Below are positions 18,192 to 32,822 of a DNA stretch of 64,000 nt, one piece after another. A program made the position numbers and the translations under genes. The notes under the pieces are model-generated. The model was given only the letters and a program-made list of their open reading frames with translations, searched no databases and was not told the origin of the DNA. This DNA is from Candidatus Poribacteria bacterium (lineage in GTDB: Bacteria; Poribacteria; WGA-4E; GCA-2687025). The stretch covers positions 1,408,001 to 1,472,000 of the forward strand of contig OY762492.1 in NCBI GenBank assembly GCA_963665845.2, written 5' to 3'. The number at the start of each line of letters is the position of its first letter. Position 1 is the first letter of the stretch.

Positions 18192-19450
18192 CGCCGCTCC
18201 AAAACGGCGACATTTTCAACATGCGGCGTCTGCGGAAACATGTCGATCGGCTGCGTCTTGACAAGCCGATACCGCCCCGATTCGCACAGCCGCGCCATAT
18301 CTTGCGCCTGCGCCTTTGCGTTGCAGCTGACATACACGATCCGCAGCGGCTTCAAGTCAAGCATCCCGCGTATTGTTTTCGGGTGAATGCCCGCCCGCGG
18401 CGGGTCCGCTACAATCACTTCAGGCTGTCCAATCGGAAGGTTCGGCAGCCCTTTATCCAGGTCCGCCTCCAGAAAAAAGGCGTTCTCAAAGTTGTTTTGC
18501 CGCGCGTTTTGGTACGCCAGTTTCGCCGCGGAAGCGGCTTTTTCAATGCCGATCACGCGCTCCGCTTTTTGCGCCAAAAAAAGCGACAACGCGCCAACGC
18601 CGCAGTACAGATCCAGCGCCGTCTCGCCGCCGGTCAAACCTGCGCATTCCGCCGTCATATCGCACAAGATTTCCGCCGCCATCGTGTTCGGTTGAAAAAA
18701 GGAGTCGGGAGCAAGGTCAAAAATGAACGGGCCAAGGCGCTCCTGGAAGGTCGGCGCGCCGCCGTCAATGTGAATCTCCGCCCCTTCCGACGAGCTGCCG
18801 AGGCGGTCTGTCACCCCGTTGGCGACAACATGCGGCTCTATGCCGTTATCGGCAAGAAACTGAACATAACGGCGCATCAGCGGCTCGTTCCGCTCCGTTG
18901 TTGTCAACACAACCGCCGTATGCCCCGTCTGAACGCCGACGCGCAGCGCCAAGTATCGAAAAAACCCGTCCTGCCGACGGACGCTGTACGGCTGTTCGCC
19001 GCTGTTTCGGGCAAAGGCGCGCGTCGCGTCTAAAAGCCGATTCGCCTCGTCGGTTTGCAGCGGGCATGGCTGAATGTCGATGACGCGGTCGTACGCCCCC
19101 CTCGCGTGCATTCCAAGCGCGAAGCCTCGATCATATTCATCGCCGGACGCAATCTCCGCCCGCGTGAGCCATCGCCAAGCCGCAAACGAAAACTCCATCT
19201 TGTTGCGGTAACCGTAGATGTTCGGAGACGGCGCCGGCGGCGGAACTTCAACCGCGTCAAACCCGCATTCCGCCAGCCGCTTCTCGATCCACGCCCGCTT
19301 GAACTCCAGCTGCTGTTCATAGGCGACCGTCTGCCATGCGCATCCGCCGCATTCGCCAAAATAGGCGCATTTTGGCTGCTCGGTCGGCTCCGCCTCCTCT
19401 AAGCATTCGTCGGCGTAGGTTCGTTTTTTACGTCTGCGGCGCGGCGTCAT
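18188..19450 (-). CDS. rlmD: 23S rRNA (uracil-1939-C5) methyltransferase
   Basis: C.YFGECGGC Fe-S motif, YRNKMEF, SFFQ, DPPRAG, YVSCN, DMFPQTPHVE. Confidence 0.95.
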   Translation of the reverse strand: MTPRRRRKKRTYADECLEEAEPTEQPKCAYFGECGGCAWQTVAYEQQLEFKRAWIEKRLAECGFDAVEVPPPAPSPNIYGYRNKMEFSFAAWRWLTRAEIASGDEYDRGFALGMHARGAYDRVIDIQPCPLQTDEANRLLDATRAFARNSGEQPYSVRRQDGFFRYLALRVGVQTGHTAVVLTTTERNEPLMRRYVQFLADNGIEPHVVANGVTDRLGSSSEGAEIHIDGGAPTFQERLGPFIFDLAPDSFFQPNTMAAEILCDMTAECAGLTGGETALDLYCGVGALSLFLAQKAERVIGIEKAASAAKLAYQNARQNNFENAFFLEADLDKGLPNLPIGQPEVIVADPPRAGIHPKTIRGMLDLKPLRIVYVSCNAKAQAQDMARLCESGRYRLVKTQPIDMFPQTPHVENVAVLERR

Positions 19451-19461
19451 CTTTTCTCCGC

Positions 19462-20513
19462 TTATTCTGCCTCTTCAATATCGTCGTCGAAAATGGGCTG
19501 CCACTGCGGGTCTAAATGCGCGCGGGGGCTGTTGGTGATCTGCGTCTCATTTTCCCCGTCCGCGTCCACAACGAACAGCTGCGGCGCGGTCACGCCTGGC
19601 GGGTTCGCGCTGAAGACGACGCGCGTCGCCTCCGCGTTGAACGTTCCGCCCGCCGCCCGCCGCATTGTTACGGGAACGATGTCGATCATTTTGCCGTTCT
19701 CAAGGGTTGCGGAAGCGATATACCCGTTCAAGCCGAACAGCAGCTTCTTCCCGTCCAGCGACCACTGAAACACGCGGTCGGCTGGCGGCTCTTTCTTTTG
19801 TAAGAACCATTTCCAGAGTTCGAAACGCTTTCAACATGCGCGACCGCCGCAAACCCTTCCGCAGTAAAGGCGATCCATTTCGCGTCAGGCGACCAGATCG
19901 GCCTTACGACCCCCGCCTTCGTCAACGCCTCGAACATCCGCGGGCGCGGGTTCACCACATCGTCCCTTCCAGGCTCCCAGTGATTCCATCCGCGCTGCCA
20001 TTCCGCTCGGCTCAAGCGGCTCACTTTTCCGGTTTCAATCTCGATGACGCGCCCTTCAATACGCCTGTTGGATCGGCGCCCTGTCACGGTCGCCAAGATC
20101 TTCTTGTTGTCATGCGACCACCAATACAGGTGTACCGTTTCCACTCCGTCCAGAACCTCCTTGCGGTCGGATCCGTCCGCGCGCGCAATGTAAAGGCTTT
20201 GAAGCGGCTCTGACCCATGGCGGTAGGCGATCCATTCGCCGTCCCAAGACCAGCGGGGGCTTGCGCTCATGCCGTCGTCTGTCAGCGCGGTTCGATTTTT
20301 CCCCTGCGCGTCAATCGTGTAGATGTTGAAGGCGAAGGCGTCGTAGACATTGTTTGAAACCTGGAAACGCCGCTCCGGAACTTCAAAAAAGCGGGCGATG
20401 CCTTCGCGCGACGCAACAGGCGCCCTCTCCACATAGGCGATCCGCCCGGAACCGGCGGCGTCCAGCGCAAATAAAACGGCGGCAGACAGTATCAACAAAC
20501 GAAAACGGTTCAT
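19462..20513 (-). pseudogene. TolB-like (PD40) beta-propeller protein split by a 1-nt frameshift near 19810
   Basis: Signal peptide and WSxDG repeats continue across the two overlapping ORFs (19728-20513 and 19462-19773); adding one A at GGAAATGG restores G-K-W-F-L-Q... Confidence 0.7.
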
Positions 20514-20517
20514 GGAT

Positions 20518-21165
20518 TTAACCCCGTCCGACGCGGTGAAGCTCTGAATATGAAAAGATGAGTCGGCGCAGCGCTGTCAAATTCGACAGAACCGCTAAAA
20601 CGCCCAGCGCGATGATCAGCAGCGGAGAGCCTGCCCAGTTCGGCGACTGCAAGATGGGAAATTGTATCGTGGAGAGCATCAAGCCGATGGAAAGCAGCCC
20701 GATGCGTTCGCCGCGCTGCATCAATCCGACGCGGCATTCGATGTCCAGCCCCTCGGCGCGGGCGCGGATGTAACTCACCAGAAGCGAGCCGATGATCGAT
20801 AAAAAGGTGAGCGAGCCGGCGACGATCTGATTGTTTTGGAAAAAATACGCCCAGAGCGCAAAGAAAATGATCGCTTCTGAATACCGATCCACAACAGAAT
20901 CGAGCAACGCGCCTGACCGATCCGTTTTATTGCTGGCGCGCGCGACCGCTCCGTCCAGCACATCAAACAGCCCGGCGAGAATCATCACAATCCCGCCGTA
21001 CACCAGCTTGCCCTGAAAAATCAGAACGGCGGCGGCGGCATTGCCCAAAAAGCCGACGATCGTGATAACGTTGGCGGTGATCCCAATGGCCGACAACGCC
21101 CGCGCCACAGGAACTGCGCCGCGGTTCAGGACGCGCCGCGCAAAAGACTCAAAAGCGGCCATCAT
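20518..21165 (-). CDS. CDP-alcohol phosphatidyltransferase (PIP/AIP synthase-like)
   Basis: DVLDGAVAR...GALLDSVVDR signature; SYIRARAEG...GLMQRGER. Confidence 0.92.
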   Translation of the reverse strand: MMAAFESFARRVLNRGAVPVARALSAIGITANVITIVGFLGNAAAAVLIFQGKLVYGGIVMILAGLFDVLDGAVARASNKTDRSGALLDSVVDRYSEAIIFFALWAYFFQNNQIVAGSLTFLSIIGSLLVSYIRARAEGLDIECRVGLMQRGERIGLLSIGLMLSTIQFPILQSPNWAGSPLLIIALGVLAVLSNLTALRRLIFSYSELHRVGRG

Positions 21166-21470
21166 GACGACCCTCCATAAAACCGTTATTGCTACTCTAT
21201 GTTAGCGCTTCGGTTTAAGGAGCGCAACCCCGCCGCTCCGACCTTACGTCTTTAGTTGGGACATGTCGGCATGCGAATGCAAGCGCCTAAGATTCCCGCT
21301 TACGCGGGAATGCATGTCCTCGCGGAAGCGGGGAACGGTTTGGCGGACGGCGCCGAATCCGATTCCCCCTTGAAAAGGGGGGCTAGGGGGGTTTAAAGGA
21401 CGGGAGCGGCGGCTATGTCTTAAGATTCCCGCTTGCGCGGGAATGACAGCACAGGATCAGGTCGAGAGAC

Positions 21471-21499
21471 TTGAACGCCGCCCCAAATCGCTCTATGAT
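21471..21499 (+). promoter_or_regulatory. Putative sigma70 promoter
   Basis: TTGAAC-17 nt-TATGAT upstream of the substrate-binding protein gene. Confidence 0.5.
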
Positions 21500-21569
21500 G
21501 TATGAGGTCGTTTAAACGGAGCGCCGCTGTCCGCCGCGCATCCCTTTGAAAACAGGAAGGATTTATCGA

Positions 21570-22718
21570 ATGAATTTCAGGAACGCCGCCATCGCCGCGT
21601 TGACCGCGCTATGCGCTGTTGCGCTGTCCGCCTGCAACGATTTACAGCAAATTCTCCAGCCCGACCCGCCTTCGTCAGGCGATGAGATCACGGTCGGAGT
21701 CGTCATGTCGCTAACGGGCGACGGCGCGGACGCCGGGCAACGGGAAGTCAACGGAATGGAGCTTGCCCGCGAGGAGGTGAACGACTCCCAGCTTGCCGGC
21801 ATGACCATTCAGTTTATCATTGAGGACAGCGAAAGCGATCCAGCCGTTGCCGTTGAAGCGTTCAACAAACTGATCCAGGAAGACAAGGTCCCTGTCATTC
21901 TAGGTCCCGGATTTTCGTCTTCGGCTAGAGCCGCTTTTCCGATCGCGCAAGAAAATCAGATCGTCGCGTTGAGTCCCTCCGCCGGAGCCGCCGGACTGGG
22001 CGCCATCGGGAATTATGTGTTTCGCACGCCGACGCCCACCAACGTTTATTCGCGCAGCTTGATTCAGCAGACGAAGGAAAAATTCGGCTACCAGAAAGTC
22101 GCCCTGATCTACGACAACGCCGACCACTTTTCTCAGAGCGGGTACGAGGAATGCGTGAAAGCGCTGAACGATCTGGGCGTGGAGATTGCGGCTGTAGAGC
22201 CGTATGAAACCGGCGAAACCGACTTCACCGCGCATTTGAACCGCATCCAGAATGCGAAACCTGACGCGCTCATCGTCTCGACGCGCCCTGCGGAACGGAT
22301 CGCGATTCCTGTTCAGGCGAGCGAACTTGGCGTCTCCGATACGATCCCGCTCATCGTGATCGGCTTCACATCTGCCCATGCAGCAAAGGCGGGCGGCGCG
22401 GCTGAAGGAGTCATCACAGGAGCCACCTGGTCAAAAAATGCTGACACGCCGGGGAATCAGGCGTTCATTCAGAATTACCGGGCAAAATACAATGTCGACC
22501 CTGACGGATTCGCCGCAGGCGGATATACCACCGTCAAGATCTTGGCGGCCGCGCTCAAAGACGCCGGCTCAACCGATCCCGCCGTTATTCGGGACGCGCT
22601 GGCGGCAGTCGACATACCGACGATTGCGGGGCAATTTTCCTTCGACGCAAACGGCGACCCAAATACGTCCGTCTTCGTCGCGATCGTTGAAAACGGCGAT
22701 TTCAAGATACTCGATTAG
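21570..22718 (+). CDS. Branched-chain amino-acid-type ABC substrate-binding lipoprotein (LivJ/K family)
   Basis: Lipobox LSAC; VGVVMSLTG, ILGP, YVFRT, DFTAHL, G.FSFDANGD. Confidence 0.92.
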   Translation: MNFRNAAIAALTALCAVALSACNDLQQILQPDPPSSGDEITVGVVMSLTGDGADAGQREVNGMELAREEVNDSQLAGMTIQFIIEDSESDPAVAVEAFNKLIQEDKVPVILGPGFSSSARAAFPIAQENQIVALSPSAGAAGLGAIGNYVFRTPTPTNVYSRSLIQQTKEKFGYQKVALIYDNADHFSQSGYEECVKALNDLGVEIAAVEPYETGETDFTAHLNRIQNAKPDALIVSTRPAERIAIPVQASELGVSDTIPLIVIGFTSAHAAKAGGAAEGVITGATWSKNADTPGNQAFIQNYRAKYNVDPDGFAAGGYTTVKILAAALKDAGSTDPAVIRDALAAVDIPTIAGQFSFDANGDPNTSVFVAIVENGDFKILD

Positions 22719-22726
22719 GCGGGCGC

Positions 22727-23005
22727 CGCTTCGCGCCCGCGCATGACGCTATACGTTATATAAGGGGATGCGGGTTTAGGCGGTTATCTGATCTTACGTC
22801 TTTAGTTGGGACATGTCGGCATGGGAACGCGGACGGTTTCTGGGGCGCCTCTAGATTCCCGCTTGCGCGGGAATGACGGCCTGGTTGACGGCGCCTTCTT
22901 CCCATGCATAAAGGCTCTGTTCCTTCAGGATTCCCAACTTTAAGGATAAGGTCAGGAACATCGCTTCGCGCCCGCGCATGGCGCTATACGTTATATAAGG
23001 GGGAT
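22727..23005 (+). repeat. ~45-bp direct repeat pair flanking the MITE (about 22727-22770 and 22962-23005)
   Basis: CGCTTCGCGCCCGCGCATG(A/G)CGCTATACGTTATATAAGGGG occurs twice. Confidence 0.85.
22788..22955. mobile_element. MITE-like element with terminal inverted repeats
   Basis: Left end CTGATCTTACGTCTTTAGTTGGGA; right end reverse complement CTGACCTTATCCTTAAAGTTGGGA; internal ATTCCC-N8-GGGAAT palindrome. Confidence 0.7.
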
Positions 23006-23015
23006 ACGGAGGCGG

Positions 23016-23834
23016 TCATGCGTTCGCCGCGCGGAGCCGCTGCCGCTGCGCTTCATACATGACGATGGAGGCGGAAACGGCGCTGTTGAGCGATTCGGCG
23101 GATCCGCGCATCGGTATAGACGCCGCCGCGTCGCACAGCTCCGCCATCTCTGCGCTCATCCCTTTCCGCTCATTTCCGATAACAGCGACCGCGGGAACCG
23201 TCCAGTCGATCTCATCGACCCGCCTTGCGGCGCGCGGGCTTGTTCCGACAACGCGCAGGTCGGGTTGACCGCTTTTGAGCCGCCGTATCCATCTCCGCGC
23301 CGCGTCGGCGTTTGCCAGATGAAACGTCGGGACGCAAAAGAGCGACCCCATTGCGGCGCGCGTCGTTTTTGGCGCGTAAATATCCACCGCGTCGCCCGAC
23401 AATCCAACCGCGTCAACGCCCATCGCGTCCGCGCTGCGAACGATAGAGCCGACGTTGCCGGGATCGCGCGGATGGTCCAGCAACAGAAAGAGGCTGTCGG
23501 CGTCCGCAGCTTGCGGCGGTTGAAGCCGGCGGCATTCGACAACGGCGATCAGTTCCGGCGCGTTCGGCCGGTCGCTTAGATACGCGGCAACCTTTCGGCT
23601 GACAGGCATGCGCGCCGCCGCAGGAATCTCCTGAACGACATTCAACGCGGTCGGGGTGAGCGGTTCGTCAGGGTCGTAAAGAAGCGATTGAACGCGCCAT
23701 CCATGCTCGCATGCCATGGCGGTTTCCTGCGTTCCTTCGATGATGAACAGCGCGCGTCGGCTCCGTTCTTTTTTGAGCCGTATGAGTTTGCGTATCTGCT
23801 TGACGCGCGGGTTTTTCGTGGAGGTCAGTTTCAT
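23016..23834 (-). CDS. TrmH/SpoU family RNA methyltransferase
   Basis: DPGNVGSIVRSA, IGNERKG, IPMRGSAESLN. Confidence 0.93.
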   Translation of the reverse strand: MKLTSTKNPRVKQIRKLIRLKKERSRRALFIIEGTQETAMACEHGWRVQSLLYDPDEPLTPTALNVVQEIPAAARMPVSRKVAAYLSDRPNAPELIAVVECRRLQPPQAADADSLFLLLDHPRDPGNVGSIVRSADAMGVDAVGLSGDAVDIYAPKTTRAAMGSLFCVPTFHLANADAARRWIRRLKSGQPDLRVVGTSPRAARRVDEIDWTVPAVAVIGNERKGMSAEMAELCDAAASIPMRGSAESLNSAVSASIVMYEAQRQRLRAANA

Positions 23835-23851
23835 GGCGGCTTTAAAATTGC

Positions 23852-23882
23852 GGAAAGCCCGCTGCTGTTGAGCGGGCTTTCC
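23852..23882 (-). terminator. Hairpin downstream of 5S rRNA (putative rrn terminator)
   Basis: GGAAAGCCCGCT/AGCGGGCTTTCC 12-bp inverted repeat. Confidence 0.55.
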
Positions 23883-23892
23883 AAATAAGGGC

Positions 23893-24009
23893 CTCGGCGA
23901 TACCTACTTTCCCACCGGGTCTCCCCTGCAGTATCATCGGCGTCGTAGGTCTTAACGGCCGTGTTCGGAATGGGAACGGGTGTTTCCCCTACGCTATCCT
24001 CACCGAAGC
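23893..24009 (-). rRNA. rrf: 5S rRNA (ends approximate)
   Basis: Conserved CCCGTTCCCATTCCGAACACGG and GATGATACTG on the minus strand. Confidence 0.93.
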
Positions 24010-24089
24010 GCCATCCTCAAAATTATTTGACGATCGAATTGCGGCCCGCGCATGAGCAGTGTCGCGCTGGACATTGTAAGAAAGAAGAA

Positions 24090-26968
<2,879 letters not shown>

Positions 26969-27076
26969 TCTCGCCTTTCCTACGTTGAGTCCCAATTTTG
27001 CGCTCTACTGCAAAATTGCGTTCCACAATTCGATTGTCAAAGATCATACCCCGCTGTCCGCGGGGAAACTCGTCAT

Positions 27077-27152
27077 TGGTGGAGATGAGCGGGCTTGAAC
27101 CGCTGACTTCCTGCTTGCAAAGCAGACGCTCTCCCAACTGAGCTACATCCCC
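27077..27152 (-). tRNA. tRNA-Ala(TGC)
   Basis: GGGGATGTAGCTCAG...TTGCAA...TTCAAG...CCA, 76 nt, in the ITS. Confidence 0.97.
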
Positions 27153-27199
27153 TCCGACACATGCCGCGCGTCCGGCGCAAGCGGCGAACGCCGCGCCGA

Positions 27200-27276
27200 T
27201 GGTGGGCCCGGGTGGAGTCGAACCACCGACCTCACGCTTATCAGGCGTACGCTCTAACCGACTGAGCTACGGACCC
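27200..27276 (-). tRNA. tRNA-Ile(GAT)
   Basis: GGGTCCGTAGCTCAG...CTGATAA...TTCGAC...CCA, 77 nt, in the ITS. Confidence 0.97.
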
Positions 27277-27354
27277 TGCCGACATGCGAGGCGATCTGAA
27301 CCTGAGACGAAGAGCAGACATTCTGGGTCTGAAACGGACGCCGATGCTCCCTAG

Positions 27355-28895
<1,541 letters not shown>

Positions 28896-29059
28896 AAAAC
28901 GACTCTCCAGCCGACCGAAGCCGACCGAAGAAACTCTTCAAGTCATCGATACCAGCGATTCACGAGTTATCGCTTGACCGATGCTTGGCTAACTTACTAG
29001 CGTCGGTATCCGCGCGCCAGACCAAAGCCAAACATCCACTCAATCGTACTCAGGCTCAG

Positions 29060-29156
29060 TTGTCAAAGATCACCTCCGCCGCGTCCGAGCGTCGACTTCG
29101 TCTACCCCCGTCAACGGCGTGCAAAGATAGTAACCTAAAGCGGTAGGGGCTGTCAA
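29060..29156 (-). promoter_or_regulatory. rrn promoter and boxA-like antitermination site
   Basis: TTGACA (29151-29156)-18 nt-TACTAT (29127-29132); TGATCTTTGACAA at 29060-29072, repeated before the 23S at 27034-27046. Confidence 0.75.
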
Positions 29157-29278
29157 CTCGAAATGCGCCTTTTGAGCAAGTTTTTTGCCCCAAACCCGAA
29201 AAAAAACGCATCTTGCGCATTTTAGCCGATCAGCATACCATGCGAACGCCTCAATCAGAGACCAAACGGAGCCAAAAC

Positions 29279-30262
29279 GTGCGAATCGCGCAACTCACAG
29301 CCCCCAAAACCTTCCGATTCACCCAAATCGAGCCGCCGACGCTCGCGAATCAACGCGAACCGAGCGTCATCGTTCGCGTGAATCGATCATGCGTCTGCGG
29401 AAGCGACACGCCGTACTTCCTCGGAACGCCCCCGCATGACCATTTTCCAGCCGATTACGGACTCTCGATACACGAATGCATCGGAACGGTCGACGAATCG
29501 ACCAGCAAACGGTTCCAACCGGGCGACAAAGTCCTCGCCCTGCCGCCGCATCACCGCGGACTCGCCGAAAAGTTCATCGCCACCGAAGACCGAACCGTCC
29601 CGCTCCCAGACGGCTTCTCAAGCGAAATACTGATGGCGCAGCCGCTCGGCACCGTCGTCTGGGCATGCCGAAAGCTGCCGAACATCCTGAACCTAGACGT
29701 TGTCGTCCTAGGTCAAGGACCGATGGGGCTGCTCATCAACGCGGCGCTCAGCAACCTCGGCGCGAAAACGGTGATCGGCATCGACCGCATCGCTGAACGA
29801 GTCGCCCTCGCCCTCCCCATGAAAGCGACGCATGCGGTCGATTCCAGCGTCGAAGACCCCGTTGAGCGCGTGAAACAGATTACCGATGGGCGCATGGCGG
29901 ACATCGTCGTCGAAGCGGTAGGGCATCAGACGGAGACGATCGGCGAATGCGTCCGCCTTTTAAAAAGGGACGGAACGCTGCTCGCGTTCGGCGTGCCGGA
30001 CGACGACATCTATCCGATGCCGTTCCGCGAGATGTTCTCCAAAAACATCTCGCTGATTCATTCGGTCGGGCCGGAGGTGCAGCCCGACTTCTCGCTGGCG
30101 ATGGACTTCATCCATCAGGGGCGCATCGACGTCTCGCCCATCTTGACGCATGATTTTCCGTTCACCGAAGAGGGCGTCCAAGCGGCGTTTGAACATTTTG
30201 TCGAGCGGAAGGACGGCGCTGTCAAGGTGGTCATCCATTACGAAAACGGCGCGCTCTCATGA
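29279..30262 (+). CDS. Zinc-binding alcohol dehydrogenase family protein
   Basis: CVCGSD, HECIG, GQGPMG; GTG start after GGAG. Confidence 0.9.
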   Translation: MRIAQLTAPKTFRFTQIEPPTLANQREPSVIVRVNRSCVCGSDTPYFLGTPPHDHFPADYGLSIHECIGTVDESTSKRFQPGDKVLALPPHHRGLAEKFIATEDRTVPLPDGFSSEILMAQPLGTVVWACRKLPNILNLDVVVLGQGPMGLLINAALSNLGAKTVIGIDRIAERVALALPMKATHAVDSSVEDPVERVKQITDGRMADIVVEAVGHQTETIGECVRLLKRDGTLLAFGVPDDDIYPMPFREMFSKNISLIHSVGPEVQPDFSLAMDFIHQGRIDVSPILTHDFPFTEEGVQAAFEHFVERKDGAVKVVIHYENGALS

Positions 30263-30834
30263 GAATAACGGCGGGGAAATATAAGGGCGCGCGGCTTGAG
30301 ACGCCGAAAACGCGCGGCATGCGCCCGACAAGCGCGCGCGTCAAAGAATCGCTCTTTGCGATCCTGCGCGAACGCATCGACGGCGCGGACGCCATCGACA
30401 TCTGCGCCGGCTCCGGCGCGGTCGGCATCGAAGCGTTGAGCCGGGGGGCGCGCCGCTGCGTCTTTGTGGACGCCGACCCCGCCGCCTGCCGCTGCATCCG
30501 CCGAAACCTCGCCGCGCTCAATGCGCCGCCCGACGCCGCGCAAACGCTCCGCGCGAAAGCATCCTCGGCGGCGCGCCGCCTCTTCCAACAAAACCGCCTC
30601 TTTCAGATCGTTTTCTTAGATCCGCCGTACGAATCGCCCGTTCTGCATGATATGCTGCGGACAATCGGGCAATCGGCGCCGATATGCGCGCCGGACGGGA
30701 TCGTCGCCGCCGAACACCGCGCCAACAACGCCCCCGACGACCGATACGGAACTCTCAAGCGAACGCGAACGGAAACCTACGGCGACACGCAGCTCTCCTT
30801 TTTTGAACACTCCGAAAGCGGCCGCGCCTTATGA
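30259..30834 (+). CDS. rsmD: 16S rRNA m2G966 methyltransferase
   Basis: MRITAG..KG, RPTSARVKESLF, AGSG.VGIEALSRGA, DPPY. Confidence 0.95.
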   Translation: MRITAGKYKGARLETPKTRGMRPTSARVKESLFAILRERIDGADAIDICAGSGAVGIEALSRGARRCVFVDADPAACRCIRRNLAALNAPPDAAQTLRAKASSAARRLFQQNRLFQIVFLDPPYESPVLHDMLRTIGQSAPICAPDGIVAAEHRANNAPDDRYGTLKRTRTETYGDTQLSFFEHSESGRAL

Positions 30835-31472
30835 CGCAAACGAATCTCGACAACCTGCCCGCCATACTGAACGCGCTGGACGAGGCGTACCCCGATTCCG
30901 AGTGCGCGCTTCATTTCAGCAATGTCTATCAGCTGATTTCCGCCGTGATCCTGTCCGCGCAATGCACAGACAAGATGGTCAATCAGGTCACGCCCGCGCT
31001 GTTTGAGCGGTATCCTTCCGTTCATGATCTCGCGGAGGCGGAGCTGGAGGAGCTGGAGCGGATCATCTACCGAACAGGCTTTTACCGCAACAAGTCGAAG
31101 CATCTGAAAGGCATGGCGCAAAAAGTGGTCAACCAGTTCAACGGTGAAATACCGGACAACCTGCCCGACCTGATGAGCCTGCCGGGCGTCGCGCGCAAGA
31201 CGGGTAACGTCGTCATGAATGTCTGGCACAACGAAGCGAGCGGCATCGTCGTTGACACGCACGTCGGGCGCATCAGCCGCCTGCTTGGGCTGGCGTCCGG
31301 CAAAAGCGCCGATAAAATCGCCGTTGAGCTGGAAGCGGTCGTCCCGCGCGACCACTGGATACGGTTCTCCATGCAGTTGATTGACCATGGGCGCGCCGTC
31401 TGCATCGCGCGGCGCCCGCAATGCGCCGAATGCCAACTCCGCGCCTTATGCCCCAGCGCCTCCGACGACTAG
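30831..31472 (+). CDS. nth: Endonuclease III
   Basis: LSAQCTD, LPGVARKTGNVV HhH, VDTH, C.ARRPQC..C.L...C Fe-S motif. Confidence 0.96.
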   Translation: MTQTNLDNLPAILNALDEAYPDSECALHFSNVYQLISAVILSAQCTDKMVNQVTPALFERYPSVHDLAEAELEELERIIYRTGFYRNKSKHLKGMAQKVVNQFNGEIPDNLPDLMSLPGVARKTGNVVMNVWHNEASGIVVDTHVGRISRLLGLASGKSADKIAVELEAVVPRDHWIRFSMQLIDHGRAVCIARRPQCAECQLRALCPSASDD

Positions 31473-31529
31473 AAGTACACGTTATATAGTACGTACGCAG
31501 CAGCGAGCCGACATCGGAAAGGAAGAAAC

Positions 31530-32813
31530 ATGAACGCCGCAGATAAACTGGCAATCGACGGCGGAAAGCCTGTCATAACGGAAGGGCTGCCCGGCGGCGC
31601 GGCCGCCTTGAGCCTCATGGACGACGAGGAGATCGAAGCCGCCGCCCGCGTGATCCGCTCCCGCAAACTGTTTCGGTTCAGCGATCATCAAAACTCCGAA
31701 TGCTCCCTGTTTGAACGGGAAGCGTGCGAGTATATCGGATGTAAATACGGGTTGATGGTGAACTCCGGGACGAACGCGATCTTGGCGGGGCTGGTCGGTT
31801 TAGGCGTCGGACCCGGCGACGAGGTGATCGTCCCGGCATACACCTACATTGCGACGGCGGCGGCCGTTGTCGCGGCGGGAGCGGTCCCCGTCATCGCCGA
31901 AATCGACGAATCGCTTGGGCTTGACCCTGAAGACGTTGAGCGCAAAATCACGCCGCATACGAAGTGCGTCCTGCCTGTTCATATGCAGGGCGTCCCCGCG
32001 CGGCTGGACGAGCTGAAACGCATCGCCGACGCGCATGGCGTCTTTTTGTTGGAGGATTGCTGTCAAGCGGTCGGCGCGCGTTACGGCGGAAGCGTCACTG
32101 GAACCGTCGGACAGGTCGGCGCATGGAGCTTCAACTACTTCAAAGTGATCACCTGCGGCGAGGGCGGCTTCGTTTTCACGGACGATTACAGCGTCTATGA
32201 GCGCGCCTGCTTTTTCCATGAACCTGGGCTGCCGATGTGGATGAAACGGCAAGACGGCGGAGAGCCGAAGTGGGTATCGGAGCCGTTCAGCGCCTTAGGC
32301 TTGCGTTCTAGCGAGATGCCCGCCGCTGTCATGCGCGTTCAGCTGACGAAGATTGAAACGGCTTTGACGCGAACGCGCGCCGTCAAACGCGCCTTGTTGG
32401 AAAACCTTGCCCCGCCCGTCGGCTATGCCCCGCAGCATTTGGACGACCCTGACGGCGACTGCGGAATCAGCATGGCGCTCATTGTAGAGACGGTTGAGAA
32501 GGCGCATCAATTCACCCGCGCGCTCTCGGCGGAAGGCGTCGGCTGCGGAACGGCGCACAACGACGGCTTCCCCGACCGCCACATCTACAAATACTGGGAC
32601 TCGATCCTGCAGAAACGCGCCCAGCACCCTGGCATGAACCCGTGGACGCATACGTTATATAAGGGGGATGTCGAATACAGCCCCGATATGTGTCCGAAAA
32701 CGCTGGACATCTTGAGCCGCGCCGTCCGTTTCAGCCTGAATGTGAACATGAAGCCTGAACACGGGAAGCTGATCGCGCAGGCGGTGAATAAGGTGGACGC
32801 CGCCCTCGGATAA
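31530..32813 (+). CDS. DegT/DnrJ/EryC1/StrS family PLP aminotransferase
   Basis: NSGT, GDEVIVPAYTYIAT, EDCCQ, SFNYFKVITCGEGG. Confidence 0.93.
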   Translation: MNAADKLAIDGGKPVITEGLPGGAAALSLMDDEEIEAAARVIRSRKLFRFSDHQNSECSLFEREACEYIGCKYGLMVNSGTNAILAGLVGLGVGPGDEVIVPAYTYIATAAAVVAAGAVPVIAEIDESLGLDPEDVERKITPHTKCVLPVHMQGVPARLDELKRIADAHGVFLLEDCCQAVGARYGGSVTGTVGQVGAWSFNYFKVITCGEGGFVFTDDYSVYERACFFHEPGLPMWMKRQDGGEPKWVSEPFSALGLRSSEMPAAVMRVQLTKIETALTRTRAVKRALLENLAPPVGYAPQHLDDPDGDCGISMALIVETVEKAHQFTRALSAEGVGCGTAHNDGFPDRHIYKYWDSILQKRAQHPGMNPWTHTLYKGDVEYSPDMCPKTLDILSRAVRFSLNVNMKPEHGKLIAQAVNKVDAALG

Positions 32814-32822
32814 CGGCGCTTG

